A program made the position numbers and the translations under genes. From a virus, in IMG/VR virus record IMGVR_UViG_3300047053_000004, positions 8,249-72,248 of that record: a DNA stretch of 64,000 bases; one strand, written 5' to 3'. Of this stretch, positions 1 to 10,097 are shown piece by piece. The first letter of the stretch is position 1; the number at the start of each line of letters is the position of its first letter. The notes beneath the pieces are model-generated. The model was given only the letters and a program-made list of their open reading frames with translations, was not told where the DNA came from and made no database searches.

Positions 1-1
1 A

Positions 2-1027
2 ACGGTAATCCGCGAAAGTGGTAGATGTCCAAATTCAAATCGGACCATATGGTCATTGCAGTGTGACTGCGGGAATACGCTTCTACGCACAAGAAACAGC
101 TTTGATCGCAAGGGTACTTTGACACCATCTTGTGGTTGCTATAAACAAGAAATCAGATTGCAGGTAGCTGCAAGTCGCAGCAAGCCTGATTGCACGGGAA
201 AGAGATTTGGGTTATTAACGGTTTTGGGTAAGGGCGATCACGTCCCTGATAGAGGTTCATTTCGTCAGATGTGGCGATTGCAATGTGACTGTGGAAACGT
301 CATTGAACGCCCTAGAAGTAGTTTTGAAGACAAAGGACAGATATCCTGTGGGTGTGCAAGAAAGTTAGGCCTGATAGATAATCAGCGCCGCCCAACAAAT
401 ATATCTAATCAAAAGTTTGGAAACTTGCAGGCGATCGCCCTCACGGGTAAAAAAGATAAATACAATCAACCGACTTGGCGCTTATTGTGTGATTGTGGCA
501 ATACTTGCGAATTGTCTTTGAAAAAACTCAACCACAAACAACGTCAAAATTTATGGATTAATTGTGGCGATCGCTCCAAGCATCCGGAATTTAGTACTTG
601 GTATCCCCAAGCGCCTATTCCTTACCCAAAAGAAGCCGGAATACTTTTAGAAAAATATTTACATTTAACAGAATTAAGTTATCAGAAAATTGACGCTGCG
701 GTTGAGGACTGGAAACGCGATCGCATTGAGCGTATTTGTTGGATTTTGGTTTATAGGCGATCACTTGGGGAGGAAATATCTGAATTGCACGAAGCTAGGT
801 ATATACGTAAGTGCCTGCGCTATTCTTCAATTGATGTTTTTTGGCGACGTAAACTTGAATCTCACGGCGGGGTTTTGTATACTAGGGATGGTAGTAAAAA
901 ACAGATTATAGGTGGCACGATGACCGACTTAACATCGAATGATTACCCGGTAATTGAGACATCGGGGATAAACATTATGCTGCCTAGTAATCCTGTTTCA
1001 AAACATTTAAGATTTAAGCGGTGTTGA
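2..1027 (+). CDS. Phage protein with tandem 'FGxLxxx...WxLxCDCGN...SCGC' modules (type found N-terminal in HNH/AP2 homing-endonuclease-like proteins); 5' truncated
   Basis: Frame is open from base 2 (TVIRESGRCPNSNRTIWSLQCDCG); three CDCG modules; no HNH motif in the C-terminus. Confidence 0.7.
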   Translation, partial: TVIRESGRCPNSNRTIWSLQCDCGNTLLRTRNSFDRKGTLTPSCGCYKQEIRLQVAASRSKPDCTGKRFGLLTVLGKGDHVPDRGSFRQMWRLQCDCGNVIERPRSSFEDKGQISCGCARKLGLIDNQRRPTNISNQKFGNLQAIALTGKKDKYNQPTWRLLCDCGNTCELSLKKLNHKQRQNLWINCGDRSKHPEFSTWYPQAPIPYPKEAGILLEKYLHLTELSYQKIDAAVEDWKRDRIERICWILVYRRSLGEEISELHEARYIRKCLRYSSIDVFWRRKLESHGGVLYTRDGSKKQIIGGTMTDLTSNDYPVIETSGINIMLPSNPVSKHLRFKRC

Positions 1028-1030
1028 TTA

Positions 1031-1279
1031 TTGTATCAAAATATCTGCCTTTTTGGGTTTATTGAAGAATGGTATTATTTGCCTGACTGGCTAGCAGGAA
1101 ATATCATTATCCATTACCCACGCTTGCGACAAAGTTTAGAAGAGAAAGAACTCAAAATATTGTATTGGATTGAATATGTGGATGGGTATTTCGTTTCTAA
1201 AGGGTTTAAAGTATTAAAAACAAACAATAATAATGCAGAAGTTGCTTGGGGTACATCAGGGGCGCAGTGCATCGCTTAA
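1031..1279 (+). CDS. Hypothetical protein
   Basis: ORF abuts the upstream gene; TTG start; overlaps the next ORF. Confidence 0.35.
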   Translation: MYQNICLFGFIEEWYYLPDWLAGNIIIHYPRLRQSLEEKELKILYWIEYVDGYFVSKGFKVLKTNNNNAEVAWGTSGAQCIA

Positions 1280-1784
1280 CCCACTATGCCCATATTGCAA
1301 ATGCCATAAAACTTGGAAAAACAAATTAGTTCTAACGATAAGGGATGGCAGTAACATGCACCCTTGGAATGGCAGAAAGAGAATGCGTGAGGTGAAAGGT
1401 ACTGAACTCAGAGGGTACTACAGATGCTGCCAATGCTTAAAATATTTTTATGGCGAATCATTTAAGTACTCCAATAGTATTTATGATGATGTACCAAATT
1501 GCCATAAATGCGGAATTGGTAGACCCTTGCATAAACTTGGCGGGCATAACACGCCGTATGGTAGAGCTAATACTTATAGATGCAAGAACTGTGGCGATCG
1601 CTATACTGTTTCTCCTTGCATGAAAGAAAAGAACCCCAGGTTAAAACGCAAAATATCAGCCAAAGAATGCCTAAGATTAAGAACAGAAGAGTTTTTGAGC
1701 TATAAAGAAATAGCGAAAATTGCTGGAATCTCTAAAAGTGCTGTTATGTCTTTGCTTGGGGAAGAGGTTATCCCCGACTGGTAA
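1233..1784 (+). CDS. Zinc-ribbon (IS1 InsA-like) plus C-terminal HTH DNA-binding protein
   Basis: CPYC/CCQC and CHKC/CKNC pairs; C-terminal LSYKEIAKIAGISKSAV helix-turn-helix. Confidence 0.65.
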   Translation: MQKLLGVHQGRSASLNPLCPYCKCHKTWKNKLVLTIRDGSNMHPWNGRKRMREVKGTELRGYYRCCQCLKYFYGESFKYSNSIYDDVPNCHKCGIGRPLHKLGGHNTPYGRANTYRCKNCGDRYTVSPCMKEKNPRLKRKISAKECLRLRTEEFLSYKEIAKIAGISKSAVMSLLGEEVIPDW

Positions 1785-1865
1785 TATTTATTTGCAATTA
1801 TTGTATAATTATTACTTCAAAAGCGTTGGTAAACTCATCTACGCCTGCGAACTGTTTTTGTGTAC

Positions 1866-1890
1866 AGCCCCGCTTGCGGGGCTTATTTAT
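1866..1890 (+). terminator. Rho-independent terminator candidate
   Basis: AGCCCCG-CTTG-CGGGGCT stem-loop followed by TATTTAT, downstream of 1233..1784. Confidence 0.55.
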
Positions 1891-1968
1891 GAAGAAGGGG
1901 AAGGGGGAAGGTAAAAACCTCGCCCCTTGTGGGCGACCTGTTCATCCCTTTCCCCTTTTCCCTTTTAT
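1887..1968. repeat. Purine/pyrimidine palindromic repeat, divergent member of the dispersed family
   Basis: TTATGAAGAAGGGGAAGGGGGAAG end is the reverse complement of the ends at 43.1 and 44.5 kb; pyrimidine arm CCCTTTCCCCTTTTCCCTTTTAT. Confidence 0.6.
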
Positions 1969-2834
1969 TGAATCGCTCCTGCCCAATCAGTAAGCGCAAG
2001 TATTTGCGCTAATTCTGTAACACAAAGCTCAATTAAAAACCTGTAATTTGCATTTTGCTCTTCTATCTCCCTATCTGTAACCGCAATCAAATGAGCTATG
2101 TCTGTGCGATGAAAAATTAAGCGTGAAAAGGATAATTCAAATAACTGTAAAGCGATCGCTTTAGCCGCGCGAGACTTCAAGAATTCATTTACCTCAGATA
2201 TCAAAATCATTTGCCTATCAATATTGAGTGATTGTATCCAATTGGCAAACTGTTTCATTTCCTTGTCACTGGCTTTGCTAGTATCAAAACGGCTTAACGG
2301 GCTGCTATCTGACTTTATCTCTTTTAAAAGCTCTTTGGTGGCAAGTTCCATTTGTGCAACATCTGAGGCTACATGAAGAAAATCTTCAGCCGCGCCAGAT
2401 TCAATCGATTTAACTATTTTATTATTAACTTTATTAGCTTTTTTAAACGCGTTAAAAAAGCAGCCCCTTATCTCTTTGCTGTAACCAATAATTTCTAAAA
2501 ATTTTTGATTATATATTCTAAGCCTTTGCTCCCTATTTGCCCGCTCAAATCTTTTAATGTAAACGTTATCAATTTGAGAATTAAAGTTTTCACAGGTTTC
2601 ATCGGCTAGCCCCTTAAAATGACCAAACGATGCAGTGACTTTAGCGCTTCTTACCAAAACTATCTGCTTTGACTTCGGTGCAAGTCTAGCGTGTTCTTGG
2701 CGCTCGGACGCGCCAATTAAATAAACTGGCTCTCCGCATTTAGGGCATCGTAATTGCCAATTTGCATAATCTTGATAATCGCAAATAGATGCATCTACAA
2801 CGACGCCATACAAAAGACTTTTAGCGCACTTCAC
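1965..2834 (-). CDS. Hypothetical protein with N-terminal CPKC zinc-finger-like motif
   Basis: 289-aa ORF; WQLRCPKCGEPVYL ... FGHFK. Confidence 0.7.
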   Translation of the reverse strand: MKCAKSLLYGVVVDASICDYQDYANWQLRCPKCGEPVYLIGASERQEHARLAPKSKQIVLVRSAKVTASFGHFKGLADETCENFNSQIDNVYIKRFERANREQRLRIYNQKFLEIIGYSKEIRGCFFNAFKKANKVNNKIVKSIESGAAEDFLHVASDVAQMELATKELLKEIKSDSSPLSRFDTSKASDKEMKQFANWIQSLNIDRQMILISEVNEFLKSRAAKAIALQLFELSFSRLIFHRTDIAHLIAVTDREIEEQNANYRFLIELCVTELAQILALTDWAGAIQ

Positions 2835-2857
2835 TGATCTGGTGTTTTTCCTAAAAA

Positions 2858-3115
2858 TTAACCATTGGCTACTTCAGATATCCCAGCAATCAACAAATCT
2901 ACAATTTCAATCGGAGACAGCGACGCATTGCCAATTTCAATCCGGCGATCACCAAATGCCCCTAAAACTATTTTTGCACTACTCAATACCGCCAGCACAA
3001 ACGGCGATGCAGATTTTACGTCACTAATTGTTATTGATTGCTCCCCAGCAGAAGCAAATTCTTCAAGTCTGAGGATTTCTGTAACTAATTCTGATTGGTT
3101 TAATATTGGCTGCAT
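2858..3115 (-). CDS. Hypothetical protein
   Basis: 85-aa ORF co-directional with and close to 1965..2834. Confidence 0.55.
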   Translation of the reverse strand: MQPILNQSELVTEILRLEEFASAGEQSITISDVKSASPFVLAVLSSAKIVLGAFGDRRIEIGNASLSPIEIVDLLIAGISEVANG

Positions 3116-3386
3116 AAATAAAAGACCTTCTGCATGGTTTTGTGTTTGACTATTACGGCATTGAAATTATAGAATATTATTACAAAAAGTTTTTAGAATT
3201 CCCGTTGAGCCGTGCCAATCAACAACAATGTTGCAAGGTGTAGGGATTGCGTTGGCTTTATTGCCGTAATTCGCATTAACGGCTCCCCTCAGACACCTGG
3301 TGTGGATTCAATAAGAAAAGCAAGTGGTGTGACTGCCTGGAGAGACAGGCATTAAAGTTTTGCAGACGCATCTAAGGCTTATAAGA

Positions 3387-3654
3387 TTACCAGTTTGTAC
3401 CGTCACTCACTAAATTTATTAATTCATGTGGGTGGTTTAAAATAAAGCTGTTTTCGCCATCGATAGTTTCAGAATTTACCGTTGTTATATTGACATCAGA
3501 TGCCGATATATCGATTGCTTTAACAATATTCTCGTGGTTGCAATGAGGACAATAAATTTTTTTGCTGAATTACTGGCTCAATATCGGCAATTGACCACCA
3601 CTTGCTGCATTTTTCGCATCGATAGTGGAAAAGTTTCTCCAAATATACTTTCAT
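3387..3654 (-). pseudogene. Frameshifted zinc-finger ORF (CEKC...CPHC) fused to a tail-fibre-like 'SETIDG...LVSDGTNW' motif
   Basis: Removing one A from the A7 tract (3557-3563) joins MKVYLEKLFHYRCEKCSKWWSIADIEPVIQQK to IYCPHCNHENIVKAIDISASDVNITTVNSETIDGENSFILNHPHELINLVSDGTNW*. Confidence 0.55.
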
Positions 3655-3701
3655 GGTAATGCCAAAATATGTAAATTGCACTTATTTTACTGCTTCAAGC
3701 A

Positions 3702-6521
3702 ATGCTTGCCATAAATTCTTCGTTTCTCCCTACAAAATCCCCCGGTGATTACCGCGCTCATTTGGCTGAAGTTTACCTTGCAGAGAATAACTTTGCCCCA
3801 TTGGTGGTAGTTGACATTGAGAAGCTAGAGACGCTTGTGGTAGAGGCAGAAGAAGAAATCACCCTTCCCCCAAACTGGGAAAATGTAACCGCGATCGCTT
3901 CTGGCGGCAAAACCTACACAAGAGCAGTTGACCCCGAAGATCCGCAGGATGGGGAATTTTTGTATAACCCGTATAGTAATACGGTGCGACCCTACGGCGT
4001 ATCGGGGCGATCGCTTCAAATTTATGGGACTACCCAGCAGATTAAATTCTCGCCGCCGCTACTTCCCGCACCATACCCACAGCTATTTACAAATCTGCCA
4101 ATAATAGGGGACGAAAACCCGATTCAATTTAACCGCCAATTTCAAGAGCAACCTAGCGGACAATTTAGCTTTGAGATAGCACTTTCAAAAGCGCAAATAC
4201 AGTCATTACTTGCGCCAGGCACGGAGCTAGACTTATATGGATTGCCCCTGAGAATCAATAATATTAATGTCAAAGAGTTGAAGCGTTCGGCGTATCCGGT
4301 GGGGCTGTGTCGAGTAAGCGTGTCGCTAGGTTCGCGCTGGGAAAACTATTTAGATGAGCCATGCTTCTTGCGCTCAGATGGGAAAAACGGACTTCCTAGC
4401 GATATACCCTTTCAAGATTCAGAATGCACAGCGCCAACACCTCAAAAAGGCGATCCTAATTTCAACACGACCATACAGCAGCTACTAGCAAGAATTGGTA
4501 TTGCCTACACTGGCCCCAATTTAGCGCCCGTGCCCATACCTCAAGGTACGCCAAGAGATACGGTAGTAAATCCGGTGCAGCTGTTGAGCGATCGCCTGCT
4601 TGTTGCAAATTCCTTTGTGAGGTGGAGTAATACTGCGGCAGTTGAGGTTGTACCCATCGATAGCACGCGAGTGTGGTTTTATCAAGAATCGCAAATTTTG
4701 GGGGAAGTGCAAACTAGTTATGAGGCGATCGCCAAGACTAGCAAAAAGCGACTGACTTCCATTGCCAACTACAACCCACCTACCCCAGATTTAGTAAATT
4801 TCCCTAGCACCATAACCGAGCCACCGGTGCCGCAGCTACGAAGTGAACTGCCAACAGCCTTGGCTTTTGAATATCCTAATTCTGAACTTACTGGAGAATT
4901 TAGCGAGGCTCCACAACAAGACGAAGAACGCACCCAAGGACAACAGCCTAGATATATCAGAAAGCCTTTCAAGAGAGAGGAAAAAATTACTGGGGATAAG
5001 AATGCTCAAATTCCACTTGCTGGGGTAGAGTCAATTCAAAATATGTCGTTAATTTTTGATATCGGAGGTCAAACTAAAACCCGCACAACTACTACGCTCG
5101 AAAACGGAGCAAAGGTTAAAGTGGTTGATGAGATTTGGGGATTTGCAGCAACTGCAATTGACATGTACGATCCATTGATTTACGACCTTGATACAGGTGA
5201 AACAATTGGAGGAATAAGAGGCAATCCCTCTGAGGTATGGAAATGTATCAAAAAAACTGTAACTGATTACACTTACGACTCAAGTACAGGATATCTACTT
5301 TCAACTTGTACTTCTGGCTATAATACCGTCCGATATCGCCAAGAATCGGCAGACAATCCAGAAACGCTATCCTTGCAAGTTTTGCCACAGGATCAATCCC
5401 CAGGCGACAACGAGCAAACAACAGACCCCGAATATTTTTTATATTTGTTTATTCAAATACCAATAATTGGGCGTAGTAGTTATTACCTTAAATTAATGCC
5501 CGAATTTACGACACAAGGGCTATTTGAATTAGTGAAAGTGTGTAACCGCGATGGAACTAGTACGCTTGAACCATTGTTTGACCCAGATTATGCACCACCC
5601 TATTATGTGGAATACGAACGGAGCGAATCAACTGCTTTTGCTCGTGTAAATAACCCAGAAAACGAGGGCATTACTGCGGATGGGGGGATTGGCGATCCTG
5701 GGAATCCCCAATCCGCCGCTCAAAAATATTTACCCGATTTGATTGTCGGAGAAGAATTTGATTATGAAGTTTTGACTCAAGTTACCGAAGCGGTATATCA
5801 AGAAAAGCTGACAGGTTTTGAGGGTGGCTATCCAACTTACGAGCGGGGTGAAGAAATCTCCCCCCAACAATTTGAAAGCTACACCAAACAAATTAAAGCT
5901 CAAGGGCCACAAATCGCCACTGCCCTACAAGAAATTTCCATTGAGGAAGGGACGGGCGAGTTGCCCGTCGCCACTCGCCGTCCTTCACAATTCATCAAGG
6001 AACAACCCGCCGAAAAACCCAATAAAACAGAAGAACAAAAACAGCTTTACCGCTATTTCTTGCAAACCGAAGGGTATACGGCAGCAAGCCCAGTCAACGG
6101 CTCAGAAAGTTTCCCTTTGGCTAAAACTCTCAATCAAGCTTTGATTGCTGCTAGGTGTAAGCTAGCTATCGAGAACTGGCGAAATGGCTTTACAGAGACA
6201 TTGCAAATTGATGGGAATTTGGAAATTAAAGAGGGCGATCGCTTTAACTATTTGTGCAATGGTGAATTTCGCCAGAGGGTAGTATTGGGGGTGCAAACTA
6301 CTTTAAATATCTTGGGTGCAGTTGACGAAGTGCCCAAGGTGACTGCTGCCACTTCCTTGACGCTGGGACGCTGGATGACTCCGGATCTAACTTACAATAA
6401 AATACCAGTACCCAAAGAACCAAAAGCACCAAGGATTAATATCACGGTGCTGAATGTGATTAGCGCTGAGCTAGGTAGCGTAATTGATTGGGGAAAAATT
6501 AAGAGTAGAAGGAATCCTTAA
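3702..6521 (+). CDS. Large putative tail-tip/baseplate hub protein (939 aa)
   Basis: Size and beta-rich composition; C-terminal 'IKEGDRFNYLCNG..RQRVVLGVQTTL' resembles tail hub C-termini; adjacent to the tail cluster. Confidence 0.5.
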   Translation: MLAINSSFLPTKSPGDYRAHLAEVYLAENNFAPLVVVDIEKLETLVVEAEEEITLPPNWENVTAIASGGKTYTRAVDPEDPQDGEFLYNPYSNTVRPYGVSGRSLQIYGTTQQIKFSPPLLPAPYPQLFTNLPIIGDENPIQFNRQFQEQPSGQFSFEIALSKAQIQSLLAPGTELDLYGLPLRINNINVKELKRSAYPVGLCRVSVSLGSRWENYLDEPCFLRSDGKNGLPSDIPFQDSECTAPTPQKGDPNFNTTIQQLLARIGIAYTGPNLAPVPIPQGTPRDTVVNPVQLLSDRLLVANSFVRWSNTAAVEVVPIDSTRVWFYQESQILGEVQTSYEAIAKTSKKRLTSIANYNPPTPDLVNFPSTITEPPVPQLRSELPTALAFEYPNSELTGEFSEAPQQDEERTQGQQPRYIRKPFKREEKITGDKNAQIPLAGVESIQNMSLIFDIGGQTKTRTTTTLENGAKVKVVDEIWGFAATAIDMYDPLIYDLDTGETIGGIRGNPSEVWKCIKKTVTDYTYDSSTGYLLSTCTSGYNTVRYRQESADNPETLSLQVLPQDQSPGDNEQTTDPEYFLYLFIQIPIIGRSSYYLKLMPEFTTQGLFELVKVCNRDGTSTLEPLFDPDYAPPYYVEYERSESTAFARVNNPENEGITADGGIGDPGNPQSAAQKYLPDLIVGEEFDYEVLTQVTEAVYQEKLTGFEGGYPTYERGEEISPQQFESYTKQIKAQGPQIATALQEISIEEGTGELPVATRRPSQFIKEQPAEKPNKTEEQKQLYRYFLQTEGYTAASPVNGSESFPLAKTLNQALIAARCKLAIENWRNGFTETLQIDGNLEIKEGDRFNYLCNGEFRQRVVLGVQTTLNILGAVDEVPKVTAATSLTLGRWMTPDLTYNKIPVPKEPKAPRINITVLNVISAELGSVIDWGKIKSRRNP

Positions 6522-6871
6522 TGTATACATCAAAGAGGAAACGGCGACGCGATCGCCATAAATACAAGTTTAAACTGTTCAGTCAATCCCAAGGAAAGAT
6601 TACTTTTAAACTAAATCTTGGTGGCGTCGAAGCTAAATTAACTGTTTCTAGCCAAAAAATATTAAAGGACCTTAACAAAACCGCAGTGGCATTTGCTCAA
6701 AAAATACAGCAGGGGGTAGCTACATTTATTAACAACGGCATATCGGAACGAGCGCTCAACCCTTGCGTTTTCAATTCCGGCAATGTATATCTTAAATGTG
6801 CCGTGAATCCTCTTGCCGATTGTAACGATTGCCCACACTACCAAAAGCGAAGCTATGTACACAATAGCTAA
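6521..6871 (+). CDS. DUF6464-like Cys-cluster protein
   Basis: C-terminal CVFNSGNVYLKCAVNPLADCNDCPHY motif; TAATG coupling to the upstream gene. Confidence 0.6.
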   Translation: MYTSKRKRRRDRHKYKFKLFSQSQGKITFKLNLGGVEAKLTVSSQKILKDLNKTAVAFAQKIQQGVATFINNGISERALNPCVFNSGNVYLKCAVNPLADCNDCPHYQKRSYVHNS

Positions 6872-7019
6872 AGTAGCTGAACCTTGGGCAAAACTCTTCC
6901 CCAAAATTACAGAAACTTCCACCAATATTGAACTTACGGTGCGAGGGCAAAGTTTCAAAATTGAGATACCGAAGAGGCGATCACTTGTCACTGGAACAAG
7001 AAATTTAGAGTTTCGCTAA
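6855..7019 (+). CDS. Small hypothetical protein
   Basis: ATG at 6855 overlaps the 3' end of the upstream gene (MYTIAKVAEPWAKLFP...). Confidence 0.45.
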   Translation: MYTIAKVAEPWAKLFPKITETSTNIELTVRGQSFKIEIPKRRSLVTGTRNLEFR

Positions 7020-8941
7020 GGATAATAACTTACGCTCAAAATTTTGGCATTGCTATTTCTTAGCCCATAAACTTGTTCTTTAATTACCTTGTCAGCAAAG
7101 TTGAGATTGCCATCGGCATCAATAGCCCAGCTTTCAATGTATGCTGTGCTTTTTTTGCTTTTTACTTCATCTAGCACATTTGCGATATAGATTGTTTTGT
7201 TTAGGTAAGTAGATTTAGATAGCAAGGCATTCAATGTACTGTAATTAAAATCATCATATTTGGCAGGGTATGTAGAAGAGAAGAAAATTGGTGCTGTCTC
7301 CATCCGAAATACTAAATCGCCCAATTTGTAGTCACTATAAAAGCAGTCTGCCGCCAACATATTTACGTCATTTATTGTGTGGAAATCAGATGGCGTAAAT
7401 CTAGATATGCCTGCTACAGCGTTTAATAGGCTATTGGTTGAACCATTTACAATAAGCAAAGTTCCATTGGTTGACGCAAAGGAAACAAAAGGGACTTTAG
7501 TTACTTGAGTTAAATTGACATTAACTGTACAGCTATTTACTGCAACCGAAACAATCGGCTCCCCTGGATCTATTGATACAGTCCCGTCAACATCAATACT
7601 AGATATAGATCCTTTGCAATACCAGTAGAAACTATTCTCTTTTTTGGCGAAGATTACTGGGATGTTGATAAATTCACTTACATTGATAAAATCTACATCT
7701 ATCTCATCTTGAGTAAAATAATTTAAAGGTATAGCAATACTTGTAGTTCCTTCTGCTATTGCCACTGGACTAGATGCCGTCACCTTGCCAGCCAAATTAT
7801 TGCCATTTAATAGTACAGAGTCGCCATTTATTTGTAAAGTATATTGAATTGATGCGGTTAAGCTAATTGGATATATTGGCTGAATAGGGTAAGGCTCTGA
7901 GTTAAAGAAATAATATTCCTGATACGCAAAACTAAATTGCTGGGTTATGTATGCATTCTTCCAAGTAGTGAGCAGTTTTTTACCATCACAATTAATATGT
8001 TTAATAAACGGTGGAGTGACAGATATATATGAATTTATTGTCAGTGGCTCAACAGAATTAATCAAGTAGCTATTTACGGTTTTGGTGGTATTCGCAAAAT
8101 AAATATTATTGTCTGTGCCTAAGGCTGCATCTAAATTGTCTTGACTAGTATTTCCTGGATTGACGCTGATATCCGTCTTATTCAAAATTAGATTAAAGTT
8201 GTCATAAGAGGTTTGGCGAGTAAAGCTGCCAGGATTGTATACTCCTTCAAAATTAATTACTCCTGCATTAGGATAATCAATTGTAAAATTACCAAAATAC
8301 TTATCCGCAATACTAGCTAAAATCTCATCGCTTTTCCAAATCAAATTACCTTTATATTTAGGACGATAATTAGGAGCGAAGTTATTGAAAAAATAATATT
8401 TTTGGTCTGTTATCCCATCACTTAAAGAATCATCCTCTTTGACGTTTCCTTGAATAATTACGCCTTTGTTTGAAATATTAGTGTCGTATTGTATTGTGTA
8501 ATCGTGACTATTGCCATAGTTATGAATAAACCCTGAGATAGTAGTTTTATCTATTTCAGAATTATTCACTGTGTAAATTAATTTAGGATTAGGAACGTGC
8601 CCACCAATATAAAATTCAACTGCCTCTGTCTTTTCTATATAAAATAAAATCTTAACTTTAAAAGCTTTTTTAGTTGGACTTGATGTTTTTCTATACTCAA
8701 TAATCCTTTTGGAGGATTGATTAGGCGTTTGCGTAGCTTCGCCTACTAAATACCAATTACCCTTATCCGTGAGTAGGGCGATCGCCTCTCCTGCATTTAA
8801 ATCAGTTAGATAAATTAAATTAACATCGCTGCCATTTATTCTCAGCCTAATAGTCTGCCCTGCATACCCCTTGGGGACACGGACAGGTAGCATATTGCTA
8901 ATAGTAAAAAGTTTTTTGAGCGAAGAATCAGTTATTTTCAA
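7016..8941 (-). CDS. Putative tail/receptor-binding protein (641 aa) with Asn/Ser/Thr-rich, AT-rich C-terminal region
   Basis: Last gene of the minus-strand virion operon; beta-rich composition; overlaps the upstream stop by 4 bp. Confidence 0.5.
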   Translation of the reverse strand: MKITDSSLKKLFTISNMLPVRVPKGYAGQTIRLRINGSDVNLIYLTDLNAGEAIALLTDKGNWYLVGEATQTPNQSSKRIIEYRKTSSPTKKAFKVKILFYIEKTEAVEFYIGGHVPNPKLIYTVNNSEIDKTTISGFIHNYGNSHDYTIQYDTNISNKGVIIQGNVKEDDSLSDGITDQKYYFFNNFAPNYRPKYKGNLIWKSDEILASIADKYFGNFTIDYPNAGVINFEGVYNPGSFTRQTSYDNFNLILNKTDISVNPGNTSQDNLDAALGTDNNIYFANTTKTVNSYLINSVEPLTINSYISVTPPFIKHINCDGKKLLTTWKNAYITQQFSFAYQEYYFFNSEPYPIQPIYPISLTASIQYTLQINGDSVLLNGNNLAGKVTASSPVAIAEGTTSIAIPLNYFTQDEIDVDFINVSEFINIPVIFAKKENSFYWYCKGSISSIDVDGTVSIDPGEPIVSVAVNSCTVNVNLTQVTKVPFVSFASTNGTLLIVNGSTNSLLNAVAGISRFTPSDFHTINDVNMLAADCFYSDYKLGDLVFRMETAPIFFSSTYPAKYDDFNYSTLNALLSKSTYLNKTIYIANVLDEVKSKKSTAYIESWAIDADGNLNFADKVIKEQVYGLRNSNAKILSVSYYP

Positions 8942-9681
8942 AGCGTGAAGGCAGTGACAGCAACAGTGTAATCAGTAATATATTCAGCAACATCACGAAC
9001 TCGTAATTCATCCATGTAGCCTAAGAAATTACGACCATTAATAACTGTCCCAATAATAATATCATCAGACAATGTAGTTGGCGATGCGGATATTGTTCCA
9101 GAAGCGATGCCGTCAATAAAAGTTATTAGGTTAGTGCCAGTAAATACAAAAGCAAACGCGTACCAGACGTTTGCAGATAATGTATTTGGTACGTATAGAT
9201 TGTTAGTTCCATATTTAAATCTTAATTGCCCAACTCCCGAATCAAATTCAAGCAGTAATCCGCCTGCGGTAGTTCCAAAAATATCCCTATCGCCTGATAG
9301 GTTAGAAAACCTAACTCGCATTTCTACAGTGAAAGGATTACTAAATGCCCCAGCAGGCAAAGTTGAATCGATTCGTGCATTTGAACCAGTAAAAAAAGCG
9401 CTCTTCCCATTAAAAACGCTCTCGGCTGTGCTGATTGAAACAGACCCAGACGGGACAAGGATTTTTCCGGTTTCTTCAACAAAATTTCCAATCCCATCAA
9501 TTGCATCAAAGTGAGTCAATAAAATCGTATTGACATCTATCACCTCTTCTGCTTTTTTCCTTGGCATCAAATCACCACTTGAAGCCAAGCCACTTTTTAA
9601 TCCAGATGCGGGTGATCGCCGATATATTGGAGTTGATATTGCATTGGGAGATATCAATCCCCCCTTCAATCCAGATAACAC
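8938..9681 (-). CDS. LamG/ConA-like lectin-fold virion protein
   Basis: FTVEMRVRF...NVWYAFAFVFTGTNLITFIDG...NFLGYMDELRV, typical LamG pattern. Confidence 0.8.
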   Translation of the reverse strand: MLSGLKGGLISPNAISTPIYRRSPASGLKSGLASSGDLMPRKKAEEVIDVNTILLTHFDAIDGIGNFVEETGKILVPSGSVSISTAESVFNGKSAFFTGSNARIDSTLPAGAFSNPFTVEMRVRFSNLSGDRDIFGTTAGGLLLEFDSGVGQLRFKYGTNNLYVPNTLSANVWYAFAFVFTGTNLITFIDGIASGTISASPTTLSDDIIIGTVINGRNFLGYMDELRVRDVAEYITDYTVAVTAFTL

Positions 9682-10097
9682 TAGAAGTCCTCCGTAGTGG
9701 CAAGCACAGTTACCGTGCCACTAGCTATTGTTGTTTTCATTGCGGCCCGAAGCGACCAAGTACCTTTTAGCTTGATGTAAGGGTTACCAACTCCATCTAA
9801 CTCTATCCAAGGTAGATTAGTGCGGTTTAGCCCATTAACAGCATTAACTGTGCCATCAAACCCAGAATTAGCAGGGATGTCAACACTCCCAACCAAGTAA
9901 TCGGTTGTGCCATTGTAGAAATAGTAAAGAATATCTAGCCCAGTGGCAGCGCTAGATGTAATAGATATTGTGGTGATTTTGCTATCATCAGCATCGGCGG
10001 CAACAATTAACTTGGTCGTTGTGCCATCAGTGCTAGTAAAAGTCTGGGCGCTGTGATTGTAAGCCTGGGTTATGTAAAGAGTGGTTTGTTTAGCCAT
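9681..10097 (-). CDS. Putative virion structural protein
   Basis: 138-aa beta-rich ORF translationally coupled within the tail operon. Confidence 0.6.
   Translation of the reverse strand: MAKQTTLYITQAYNHSAQTFTSTDGTTTKLIVAADADDSKITTISITSSAATGLDILYYFYNGTTDYLVGSVDIPANSGFDGTVNAVNGLNRTNLPWIELDGVGNPYIKLKGTWSLRAAMKTTIASGTVTVLATTEDF

Noticed and set aside
1233-1784. IS1 transposon
   Set aside because: Only InsA-like zinc ribbons and an HTH; no InsB/DDE domain or terminal inverted repeats
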